From an uncultured Bacteroidales bacterium (GTDB lineage Bacteria > Bacteroidota > Bacteroidia > Bacteroidales > UBA7960), in contig CAZUWF010000009.1 in assembly GCA_964624065.1 (NCBI GenBank), positions 6,742 through 70,741 on the forward strand: 64,000 nt of DNA, in the 5' to 3' direction. Each line of letters opens with the position of its first letter. The first letter of the stretch is position 1. Shown here one piece after another: positions 28,701-37,520 of the stretch. Under the pieces are notes generated by a model. It saw only the letters and a list, made by a program, of their open reading frames with translations, was not told the DNA's origin and searched no databases. Position numbers and translations under genes: made by a program.

Positions 28701-29150
28701 ATGGAAATTATTTTGATTCAAGACGTTCCCAATTTGGGTTTTAAAGACGATATCGTAAACGTAAAACCAGGCTACGCAACTAACTTCCTCATTCCCAAAG
28801 GATTGGCCGTTATTGCCCTTGCCTCTGAAAAGAAAAAGCTTGCCGAAACCTTGAAGCAGCGCTCGTACAAGGAGGAAAAAATCAAGAAAGACGCCGAGAA
28901 ACTTGCCGAAAAGCTTAGCGATATCCACGTTAAAATAGGTGCAAAGGTGGGCTCGACCGGCAAACTTTTTGGCTCGGTAAACTCAATGCAAATTGCCGAT
29001 GCAATCAAGGAACAGTACGACATTGACCTCGATCGCAAGAAAATTCTCCTTGATGGGGATTCAATTAAGGAAGTAGGTGTTTACACCGCAAAAGTGAACC
29101 TGCACAAGGAGGTAAGGTTCGACATCAAATTCGAAGTAATAGCCGAGTAA
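28701..29150 (+). CDS. rplI: 50S ribosomal protein L9
   Basis: MEIILIQDVPNLGFKDDIVNVKPGYATNFLIPKGLAV. It is preceded by AGGAGG at 28688-28693. Confidence 0.95.
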   Translation: MEIILIQDVPNLGFKDDIVNVKPGYATNFLIPKGLAVIALASEKKKLAETLKQRSYKEEKIKKDAEKLAEKLSDIHVKIGAKVGSTGKLFGSVNSMQIADAIKEQYDIDLDRKKILLDGDSIKEVGVYTAKVNLHKEVRFDIKFEVIAE

Positions 29151-29180
29151 CTTAGAAACCCGTACAGGATAGCAAAATTA

Positions 29181-29208
29181 GCCTGCCAATATTTGGCGGG
29201 CTTTTTTT
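29181..29208 (+). terminator. rho-independent terminator after rplI
   Basis: GCCTGCCA / TGGCGGGC stem with one G-U pair and a 5-nt loop, followed by T7. Confidence 0.75.
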
Positions 29209-29219
29209 GTAGAATTGCA

Positions 29220-29227
29220 TAACTTTG
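29220..29227 (+). promoter_or_regulatory. candidate -7 promoter box upstream of the SpoU-family gene
   Basis: TAACTTTG, but it lies 144 nt upstream of ATG 29372, which implies a long leader. Confidence 0.35.
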
Positions 29228-29371
29228 CAATAAAACCACTTAAATTAAATTTTTCACAAATTACGCGGTGGATTGCCTGAATGTTTTTTGCTAACTATCA
29301 GTAGGTTAGTACCAGGGCAAGCAAATATACTGAGGGGATCCGAAATTGTTTTTGACAAGTAACCTTTTAAA

Positions 29372-30127
29372 ATGCTCTCTGCCACCCAAATAAAATTCGT
29401 AAAGAGCTTGCACCAGAAGAAGTTTCGGGACCTGAATAATTTATTTTTGGTAGAGGGGGAGAAAATGGTTTCGGAACTTCCAAAATCGCTACTGGTTGTG
29501 GAGGCAATATTCGCCACCATTGGCTGGATGGAAGCAAACCCGGGTCTGTTTCCTGGCAAGGCGCCCATACATATTGCAACCAAAAGGGATTTGGAGCGGA
29601 TAACCACCCTCAAAACCCCACCGGCGGTTTTGGCAGTGGTAAAAATGCCAATTGTCAATTATGATTTTGGAGCAAGCACAGGGCATCCAACCCTGGTACT
29701 TGACAAAATCCAAGACCCGGGAAATCTTGGTACCATAATCAGAACCGCCGACTGGTTTGGGATAAAAGAGGTGGTTTGTTCGAAAGAAACTGCCGACCTC
29801 TACAACCCCAAGGCTATTCAGGCAACCATGGGATCCTTTGCTAGGATGAATGTCCAATATAGGAACCTGCCTGAATTTTTAAGGGGAGTTGAGGGGCAAA
29901 AATCTATTTTTGGAGCAACACTAAAAGGGGATCCAATAGGCCATATCAAGCCGGCAAGTGGCTCCATTTTGGTTATTGGAAACGAGTCAAAGGGTATTTC
30001 GGAAGAGGTGATGAATTTCCTTACCAATGAAGTAACGATTCCGGGCGGGGGAATGAAGTCCGCCGAATCCTTAAACGCAGCAGTAGCTGCTGGGATTTTG
30101 ATGGCTTGGCTAACCGCCAACCCCTGA
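29372..30127 (+). CDS. TrmH/SpoU-family RNA 2'-O-methyltransferase
   Basis: LDKIQDPGNLGTIIRTADWFG, VIGNESKGIS and the C-terminal ESLNAAVAAGI are SPOUT motifs. Confidence 0.8.
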   Translation: MLSATQIKFVKSLHQKKFRDLNNLFLVEGEKMVSELPKSLLVVEAIFATIGWMEANPGLFPGKAPIHIATKRDLERITTLKTPPAVLAVVKMPIVNYDFGASTGHPTLVLDKIQDPGNLGTIIRTADWFGIKEVVCSKETADLYNPKAIQATMGSFARMNVQYRNLPEFLRGVEGQKSIFGATLKGDPIGHIKPASGSILVIGNESKGISEEVMNFLTNEVTIPGGGMKSAESLNAAVAAGILMAWLTANP

Positions 30128-30155
30128 GGAGGCAGTTTTTATTAGGATTTTCTTC

Positions 30156-31478
30156 CTATTTGGCAATATTTTGGTTCGCCTCGAAAACCCTCATAAAGTT
30201 TCCGCCCCATATTTTTTCAATCTCACCAAATGTGTAGCCCCGTCTTAATAGTTCGCGCGTGATGTTTTTTAGCTCCGAAACATCGTAGCAGTCAATTAGT
30301 GCCCCGCCGCCATCGAAATCGGTACCAATTCCTACGTGGTCAATACCGGCAACCTTCACTATATGGTCTATGTGATCAACTAGGTCTGCTACGGTTGCCA
30401 TAGGTCCGGGGAACTTGCGATCGGTTTGGAACCAATCGTTTCGGGCAGCTTCCATTTGCTCGTCGGTAAGGTCTTGAAAGTTGTTGTGCCTTTTCCTAAG
30501 GTCTTCCATAGCTTGATCTCGCTCTGGGTCTGGCGGCAAAATTTTTACGTAGGCACTCAATAGGCAAACCTGAACCACCCCGCCGTTTTTTGCAATTGCC
30601 ACAAGCAGGTCGTCAGAAAGATTGCGCGGATGGTCGCAAATCGCTCTTGCGTTGGAGTGTGAGGCAATAATCGGCAGGGTTGTGATTTCCAAAACATCTT
30701 GAACCGCCTTGTCGGAGATGTGACTGACATCAACCATCATTCCAAGTTCATTCATTCGTTTAACCACCTCCTTGCCAAACTCCGACAGTCCGTTGTGAAT
30801 TGGGCCGGAATGGTCGGTTGATGAGTCGCAAATTTGGTTGTTTAATGTGTGCGAAAGCCCAATATACCTAGCCCCAAGGTGGTAAAATTTATCAACCAAA
30901 TTAATATCCATACCTAGTGGGTAGGCATTCTCTACGCCAAGATAAACCGCTTTTTTTCCATTTCGCTTGAGGTGGAATGCATCTGATGGTTTGAGGGCCA
31001 ACCCTGCAAGTTCATTGGCTTTTGCCATTGTTGAGTTGATGGTTTCGAATATTTCTAAAGCGCGCCTTAGTGCCTCTTCGTATGCTGCCTCGTTTAAGGA
31101 TCCTTGACCCAGGAAGACTGCAAAGAAAACGGCATCCAGACCACCTTCGTCCATTCGCCGAAAATCCAGCTTCCCTCCACCCTCTCGTGCGAGGTTTCTG
31201 TTTGTGAGGTCAAGGTTGCTACGCAATAGCCTCAAAGGTGTATCAACGTGGGTGTCAATACTCAATACTCTTTGATGTATGTATTCGATCATCGCAACGG
31301 TATCACCAAGCAATTTGTCATAAACCCGATCGTCAACAATTTTTTCATGGCAAATTCCTGGTGCTTGGCTTTCTTCGGGCTTTTTGAATCTGGTTGGGCT
31401 TTCAACAGGGGCGCCAAATACCGTTAGGCCAGAAAAAGCCATTACCGTAAAAGCAAAAATTGATTTTTTGGAAAACAT
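30156..31478 (-). CDS. membrane dipeptidase (peptidase M19, renal-dipeptidase family), secreted
   Basis: Signal peptide. IDTHVDTP, GLSHTLNNQ, VDVSHIS, IASHSNARA and GIGTDFDGG are metal-ligand blocks. Confidence 0.85.
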   Translation of the reverse strand: MFSKKSIFAFTVMAFSGLTVFGAPVESPTRFKKPEESQAPGICHEKIVDDRVYDKLLGDTVAMIEYIHQRVLSIDTHVDTPLRLLRSNLDLTNRNLAREGGGKLDFRRMDEGGLDAVFFAVFLGQGSLNEAAYEEALRRALEIFETINSTMAKANELAGLALKPSDAFHLKRNGKKAVYLGVENAYPLGMDINLVDKFYHLGARYIGLSHTLNNQICDSSTDHSGPIHNGLSEFGKEVVKRMNELGMMVDVSHISDKAVQDVLEITTLPIIASHSNARAICDHPRNLSDDLLVAIAKNGGVVQVCLLSAYVKILPPDPERDQAMEDLRKRHNNFQDLTDEQMEAARNDWFQTDRKFPGPMATVADLVDHIDHIVKVAGIDHVGIGTDFDGGGALIDCYDVSELKNITRELLRRGYTFGEIEKIWGGNFMRVFEANQNIAK

Positions 31479-31563
31479 GCGGCAGGTGTTGTGTTTTTTT
31501 GTGGTTTAAAAATGTCCGGTGACAGGAGTATTTTTTAGAATTTACCTTGTTAGGTTTGTTTCG

Positions 31564-32913
31564 CTACAAATCCTTTACCAAGAAGTTCTTTTGGCAGGAT
31601 TGAATTGCCGTTTGGAAGTGTGCCATTGAGTCTTCAATTGAGGTAAGCACCTTACTGCTGTTAAACGGTTTGAAATCTATTCCTTTCTTGTCAAGCCTTT
31701 CGGTTACCATTTGTATTGAAATTTGGTTAATATCAAGGGCGGGCTGGTAGCCAACTTCCTTTTTCTTGGGTTTTTGTACCTCGTTTACTAGATTTACTTC
31801 GATCAGGTCGTTTAAAACGGACCTCACCAACCTATTGGGAATTGTCAGGCGGGTGGAAATTTCTTCGGAATCTGGAGTGCTTTTTCCATCCATGAAGTAC
31901 TTTATGAGCAAATGGAGGATGTAAACCGAAAGAATCTTCTTACGCGAAGGGCTTACATTTTGCGATTCGGTTTCGAACTCGTACTTTTCAACGTTTTGGT
32001 ATGCGTAGGATATTTCGGCACCAAACAACACCAAAAGCCACGCCAGTTGCAAGAAAATCAGAAGGAGTGGGAGGGCCGCAAAGCTACCGTAAATGGCATT
32101 GTATCGCGATACCCCAACTTGAAAGAAAACGTAAGCCCACTGAAAAAAGTAAAGCATGGTTCCGGCAATGACCGATGCGAGGAATGCCGACGAAAATCGC
32201 ACCTTGGTGTTTGGCATTACCATATAAATTATGGTCAGCATGATCCATACCAAAACAAAGGGGACTAAATTTACCAGGAAAAGAAGCAAGGGTCCAAGGA
32301 ACCCAAGTAATTTGAAGTTTTGACTCAGTTCGGCAACCTGTGCATTAAGGTAAATAGTTGCCGCTCCAGATAAAACCAAAAAGAATGGTGCCAGGAATAT
32401 TATTGCAAAATAGTCGCTAATCATTCGCGACCAATGTCTAACTTTCTTTACCTGCCAAATTTCGTTAAAGGATTCTTCAATGTTTAGCATTACCTGAAAA
32501 ATGGTAAAAAGCAAAACCAGCAACCCTACACCCGCCACAACTCCACCACGTGCACTCTCCAAAGCTGACTGGCCGAATCCCATTATCCAATCGAAAACCT
32601 CTTCCTGCCCCGAAAGTGCACCACGCAATTGATCCTCAAGGAACACATTGAGTCCAAAGCCTTTTGAAATGCCAAAAGCCAAACCCACAATTGGTATTAT
32701 GCTTAGAAGGGTATAGAAGGTCAATGCCGAAGACCTCAAAAAGAGGTTGTCCTCCACGCCTCCCTTAAAGGCAAGCAGGAGGATACGCAAATATTTTACC
32801 AATAGGGATTTGCCTTTTGGAAGCTCCTTTAGGGGCAGTATCCAAATATCTTTCCTCAAGAAGTTAATCCCAGTGTTTATTTTATCTCCTATTGGTGTGC
32901 TATTTCTGGCCAT
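31564..32913 (-). CDS. YihY/BrkB-family membrane protein with a C-terminal winged-helix-like extension
   Basis: LRSSALTFYTLLSIIPIV and the C-terminal LFGAEISYAYQN are YihY motifs. The start is uncertain: ATG 32946 or 32913. Confidence 0.8.
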   Translation of the reverse strand: MARNSTPIGDKINTGINFLRKDIWILPLKELPKGKSLLVKYLRILLLAFKGGVEDNLFLRSSALTFYTLLSIIPIVGLAFGISKGFGLNVFLEDQLRGALSGQEEVFDWIMGFGQSALESARGGVVAGVGLLVLLFTIFQVMLNIEESFNEIWQVKKVRHWSRMISDYFAIIFLAPFFLVLSGAATIYLNAQVAELSQNFKLLGFLGPLLLFLVNLVPFVLVWIMLTIIYMVMPNTKVRFSSAFLASVIAGTMLYFFQWAYVFFQVGVSRYNAIYGSFAALPLLLIFLQLAWLLVLFGAEISYAYQNVEKYEFETESQNVSPSRKKILSVYILHLLIKYFMDGKSTPDSEEISTRLTIPNRLVRSVLNDLIEVNLVNEVQKPKKKEVGYQPALDINQISIQMVTERLDKKGIDFKPFNSSKVLTSIEDSMAHFQTAIQSCQKNFLVKDL

Positions 32914-33913
32914 TTTGGATATAATTAACAACCAAAGGTAGTGCATTTTAACAAAACTTTTTTTTCAAAGCCCTTTTTTTGAAACAACGTTGAAACTTTC
33001 TGCAATCTTTTTCGAGCTTAACCCACAGTATGCCAACTCTCACAAACAATACTCCGGGTGCATTCTGCTTCTAACTAAGCGCTTAAATGGCTGGTTTTTG
33101 GTGTCTGGTTCAGGCAGGTTGGCTGTAAGGTCAATTCACCCAATCTTTATTGAAACAAATAGCTATGATCTTCCACAACAATTTGGTTCGAACAAGGACC
33201 AGGAAAAGCTCCCGTAAGGGGTGTCAGTTTTGTTGTTGGTGCCAACTAGGGCAAGGTATCCATCCAAGGGCAAGAACTATTCGATGAAACCAAAAGCTTT
33301 TTTGGGGGGTGTAGAAAGCCGATGGAGGTTCGGGGGAGTACCAAACAACGCTTCCATTAACGTTGAAAACTAACCCTAATTTCCTTAATGGAGTCAGATA
33401 TCCTCAGAGTAACCATATAAATTAGTTACAAACGCCACCTGTTCCGTTGCCTCGCTTTTGACAATCCCAGACACGAAAAACATCAAATTACCTTTTTATT
33501 TCCGGAAGGATTTCTGATTTGGGAAGCTTCGCTAGGATCTACAATGATCCTGGTAAATAAAATGTCGCCCGAGGGGTCACTGCCACATTGAACCGGACAA
33601 CTCAGAATCACCCTACCAGAAAGCGTAAATCGGTTTGGCCTTCCTATCCCGGTTTTTTCCAAGGCAAATATCCAGCCAGCCGCTGAGGAATTATCGTCCT
33701 GACCTTCCCCAATTCCTGACTTTTCAACCCCTGGTTTTTCATCAACGAGTGGGCGCGTGATCCAACGAAAGAAAAGCAGGATAGAAGTTTGACAGGACTC
33801 CTGAAACCCAACCTTCTTATGCTATTCAGGTGCTTGTCCACAAATTTTCGATCAAATGCCTATCTAGAAAAGGAAAAAGGCGGCTGGAAGTTAAGTTGCA
33901 CAAGCAGCAAAAG

Positions 33914-33946
33914 CAATAAAAAAGCCGCCCCAAAACGGGGCGGCTT
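33914..33946 (-). terminator. rho-independent terminator after the M16 peptidase pair
   Basis: AAGCCGCCCC / GGGGCGGCTT stem with a 5-nt loop. On the minus strand it is followed by TTTTTTATT. Confidence 0.85.
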
Positions 33947-33969
33947 CAAATTTCCATTGTTTCTTCGAC

Positions 33970-36045
33970 CTAATCCACCTTGAAGTCGTTGGTGGTAAGG
34001 CCCGAATTTACTTTAACCTCCGAAACCTTCATGTTCAAAACTTGTGGCCCCACTGTTTGTTTTACAGAAAATGGGAACAAAATGCCATTTACCTCCTTGT
34101 AATCTTCATAATCTGTTGGAATTGTTAACTGACCCATAGGACTATCTTGGGTTGATAAACTGCGCAATTTTAACCCTGTCACCTTACAGTAGTAATCGGT
34201 AGAAATCTTACCGGAAGGACTAACGACCTTTACTCTGTATGCCTCCTTGCCGTTAATTTCTTCAATTCCTGTAAGATCCAACTGGAATCCCGCAGATTGG
34301 TATTCCAACTCTGGAAAGATCCAAGCCTGTTCCCTTAATTGTGCCAGGTCATCACCTTGGAGGGTTCTGGCGCCTCCCATTCCGGATTCTTTTCCCTTGG
34401 CCCCGTTCATAACCTGCTGAGAAATTACATTGCCCATCATTGAAACAGACATTGAAAACATATTCGGATTTTTTTTCTTCATTTCCATAGCAAGGGGCAT
34501 ACCTTGCATCTCCGTTTGCATTTTAATCCACAAATCCTCTACTTTCCCTAGTTTTTCCTTGCCCCCGATTGCCTGGATGTATGCATCCAACACTTGTTGG
34601 GCGGTTATTTCGCCTTTGAATTCTTGCGGAGGGGCAACAGGACGTCCAAAAGGATCGAAAAACTCAACCTTGCCAGTGGCACTGAACTTGCGTAGTGTTT
34701 CGGGAACCTCATCAATGTTTCCTGCCACAACTATAATTGCATTTTCAGGCTTTAGATACTTGCGTGCCATATCCTGAATGTCCTTAACAGTAATAGCGCT
34801 TAGCTTTTGAAGGTAGGTTGAATAGTAATCCTTTGGGAGTTTGAATCTTTTGGTGTTGTAAGCAAACTCGGCAATCGTTTGTGGCCTTTCGAGCGAACGG
34901 CCAAAATTTCCCGACATGAAGTTCTTGACCATTTGCAAGGTTGACTCATCAATTGGCTCGTTGACAAGCCTCCGCATTTCCCCCAAAATTTCAATAACCG
35001 TGCTGTCCGACACGCTGTTTCGCACTTCGGCTTGGGCCGAGAAGCTTCCAATAAATCGATCGGTGTTCAACCTTGAATAGGAACCGTAAGTCCAACCCTT
35101 ATCCTCGCGTATGTTTTGCATTAGCCGGCCGAAGAAGGCCCCACCACCCAATATGGTGTTCATGGCAGAGGCTTTTATCGCATCCGGGTTTCCAGGGGTA
35201 AACTCCACGGGGTAGGTAACCATTACAACCGATTGGGTTGCGCCCGAGCGAGCACCAAACGCTACCCTGTTGCCCTCTGGAGCCTTGGGGGTGGTATATT
35301 TGGCTGTAGGGACTTTACCCTTTTTCCACCCTCCGAAATACTTGTTGGCAACTACCTTTGCTTCCTTGGTATCAATGTCACCCACAATAATTAGGTATGC
35401 ATTGTTTGGTTTAAAGAAAGTGTTGTAAAATTGTCGAAGCAGGTTGGTGTTAATATTGTCGAGGTGTTCGGGAGTTTGAACCTGCCCGTAAGGGTGGTTG
35501 CCATGACGTGTTACGGTGCTAATATTGTTGGCAATAAAATTGGCATCGTTTCGGTTGGCTTCGAAACCCGAGCGTACCTGGGTAAGTCTTTTCTGCAGTT
35601 CTTCTTCTGGGAATGTAGGGTTTAGCAAAATGTCTTGCATTAGTTCGAGCAAGGTTTCTTGGTTTCGTTTTAGCGATGATCCAAACATCCCTGTGGCCGA
35701 TGAGCTAATGGTTGCACCTATGAAGTCAATTTCCTCGTCTATTTGTTGCTTGGTGCGGGTTTTTGTTCCCTCGCGCATTAGAGCCCCGGCAAGGCTGGCA
35801 TAGCCCACTGCTTTACCTTCGTCCAACGGGTCGCGGTTTAGCCTGATCGAAAACGATACCACAGGTACCTGGCGGTTCTCCACAACTATTACTTCTAACC
35901 CGTTTTTGAGTTTGAACGAATCGAATTTTCCAAGTTGAATTTCGCGGGCCGGAGCTGGTTCTGGTCTCTTACTTCTGTCTAATTGCGCCATCGAAGGCAA
36001 AACCAAGAAGAGGCATAGTGCTAATATTGAAAGTAATTTCTTCAT
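33970..36045 (-). CDS. M16 (pitrilysin) family protein lacking the HxxEH site, with a C-terminal extra domain of about 230 aa
   Basis: Signal peptide. M16 fold pattern (KLKNGLEVIVVENRQVPVVSF...), but it has GYASLAGALMREGT where HxxEH would be. The tail resembles a LolA-like lipoprotein-sorting fold (INGKEAYRVKVVSPSGKISTDYYCKVTGL). Confidence 0.8.
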   Translation of the reverse strand: MKKLLSILALCLFLVLPSMAQLDRSKRPEPAPAREIQLGKFDSFKLKNGLEVIVVENRQVPVVSFSIRLNRDPLDEGKAVGYASLAGALMREGTKTRTKQQIDEEIDFIGATISSSATGMFGSSLKRNQETLLELMQDILLNPTFPEEELQKRLTQVRSGFEANRNDANFIANNISTVTRHGNHPYGQVQTPEHLDNINTNLLRQFYNTFFKPNNAYLIIVGDIDTKEAKVVANKYFGGWKKGKVPTAKYTTPKAPEGNRVAFGARSGATQSVVMVTYPVEFTPGNPDAIKASAMNTILGGGAFFGRLMQNIREDKGWTYGSYSRLNTDRFIGSFSAQAEVRNSVSDSTVIEILGEMRRLVNEPIDESTLQMVKNFMSGNFGRSLERPQTIAEFAYNTKRFKLPKDYYSTYLQKLSAITVKDIQDMARKYLKPENAIIVVAGNIDEVPETLRKFSATGKVEFFDPFGRPVAPPQEFKGEITAQQVLDAYIQAIGGKEKLGKVEDLWIKMQTEMQGMPLAMEMKKKNPNMFSMSVSMMGNVISQQVMNGAKGKESGMGGARTLQGDDLAQLREQAWIFPELEYQSAGFQLDLTGIEEINGKEAYRVKVVSPSGKISTDYYCKVTGLKLRSLSTQDSPMGQLTIPTDYEDYKEVNGILFPFSVKQTVGPQVLNMKVSEVKVNSGLTTNDFKVD

Positions 36046-36072
36046 TTTCTCTAAAAATTATTGGTTGCTATA

Positions 36073-37410
36073 CTATTCTTTTGGTTTGGGCAAATAATTC
36101 AACACAACCCTGCGGTTTTGACTTAAATACTCGTTTGCCACCCGTTTAATGTCCTCGCGAGTAACCTTTAGGTAATTTTCCAACTCGGTGTTAATCCTGT
36201 TGGTGTCCTTGTAAAAAGTTTGGTACGTTGCCAACGAACTTGCCCTACTCGAAATGGTTGTATTGTTGTTTACGAATTGGCTCTCCATTTGGTTTTTCAA
36301 CTTTTGTAGTTCCCTTTCGGATATTAATTCATTTTTTACCCGTTCAAGTTCCACGTTCATTCCGGCCTCAAGTTCTTCGAGCCCTACTCCCATATTTGGA
36401 ATTCCGAACACTATGAACAAACCGGGATGTTCTAGACCAAGAGGAATAGCCATAACTTGCAAGGCTTTCTGGGTTTGATCAACCAGGGCCTTGTACATCC
36501 TGCTACTTTGCCCTTGCGATAAAAGGGTGCTTAGCATACTCATAGCATAGTAATCAACGGAACCTTGTGCAGGAATTGGGTAGCCTAAGACTAGTGCTGG
36601 CAGTTGAATGTTGTCATACTGAGTGGTTCTGACTTCCTGCGTTTTGATAGGCTCGTTTGGCGATGGGTGCTTGACTTCGAAGCGTCCCCTTGGAATATCG
36701 CCAAAATACTTGGCAACTAATTTCTTGGTTTCTTCAATAACTATGTCGCCTGCTACAACAAGCACGGCATTGTTTGGAACGTAATAGGTATCGTGAAAAA
36801 GATTGATCTCCTCGTGGGTGGCTGCTCTAATGTGATCGGCCATTCCAAGTACATCATTTTTATAAGGGTGAACCGTGTAGGATGCTTTTAGCAGCTCGGA
36901 GAGCAATCTTCCGTATGGCCTGTTATCGCGAGTCTGCTTCATTTCTTCGGTCACCACGTCCTTTTGGGTGGTTATGCCTACCGAGTCTATCACCGGGTGG
37001 AGCATCCTTTCGGACTCCAGCCACAGCCCAAGCTCGAGCTGGTTGGAAGGAAGTAGCTCAAAATAGGTTGTGTAGTCAAATGAGGTCCCTGCATTTAGCT
37101 GTCCTCCGGCTCTTTCTACAATTTCGGAGTACTCACCCCGGCCTATGTTGGCCGTGCCTTCAAACAGTAAGTGCTCGAAAAAGTGTGCAAAACCGGTTCG
37201 GTCGGGGTGATCGTTCTTTGCCCCTACATGGTACATTATTTCCACAACCACGTTAGGGGTTGTGTTGTCTTGGTGCAGTATTACATGCAACCCGTTGCCG
37301 AGCTTGTACTCGACGAAATCAATCCTTCTGGCCTGCCCGTTCAGGACTTGCCCAAGGGCAAGAATAAGAAGCAAGCTAGCCGATAGCTTCTTGGCGATTT
37401 TTTTAATCAT
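36073..37410 (-). CDS. M16 family zinc peptidase (catalytic subunit)
   Basis: GFAHFFEHLLFEGT (HxxEH...E). Signal peptide from MIKKIAKKLSASLLLILALG. The promoter box at 37449 argues for ATG 37410 rather than 37440. Confidence 0.85.
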   Translation of the reverse strand: MIKKIAKKLSASLLLILALGQVLNGQARRIDFVEYKLGNGLHVILHQDNTTPNVVVEIMYHVGAKNDHPDRTGFAHFFEHLLFEGTANIGRGEYSEIVERAGGQLNAGTSFDYTTYFELLPSNQLELGLWLESERMLHPVIDSVGITTQKDVVTEEMKQTRDNRPYGRLLSELLKASYTVHPYKNDVLGMADHIRAATHEEINLFHDTYYVPNNAVLVVAGDIVIEETKKLVAKYFGDIPRGRFEVKHPSPNEPIKTQEVRTTQYDNIQLPALVLGYPIPAQGSVDYYAMSMLSTLLSQGQSSRMYKALVDQTQKALQVMAIPLGLEHPGLFIVFGIPNMGVGLEELEAGMNVELERVKNELISERELQKLKNQMESQFVNNNTTISSRASSLATYQTFYKDTNRINTELENYLKVTREDIKRVANEYLSQNRRVVLNYLPKPKE

Positions 37411-37448
37411 AAAAAATTGGTTATTGGAAATGTTTAACAAAAGCTGTG

Positions 37449-37456
37449 CAAAGTTA
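37449..37456 (-). promoter_or_regulatory. candidate -7 promoter box for the M16 pair
   Basis: The minus strand reads TAACTTTG, 38 nt upstream of ATG 37410. Confidence 0.5.
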
Positions 37457-37520
37457 AAAAAGTTACAAAATAATGGTCAACGAATTTAGTTAAAAAAGGC
37501 TAACATAAAGGTTTGTCAGT

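Noticed and set aside
33301-33345. tmRNA-like elements on the + strand (GGGGGG start, GTAGAAAGC, GGAGGTTCGGGGGAG)
   Set aside because: There is no T-arm that can base-pair, no CCA-proximal acceptor stem, and no tag reading frame ending in an ALAA-type sequence.
33590-33720. RNase P RNA-like motif order on the minus strand: GGGGAAGGTCAGGAC, then GGCCAAACCGAT, then GGTAGGGTGA. This resembles GAGGAAAGUCCGGGC ... GCAAACCGCC ... GGUAAGGGUGAAA.
   Set aside because: The universally conserved P4 nucleotides (GGAAAGUCC) are not intact. No matching ACAGAAnnCGGCUUA 3' strand is present. The similarity is too loose to call rnpB.
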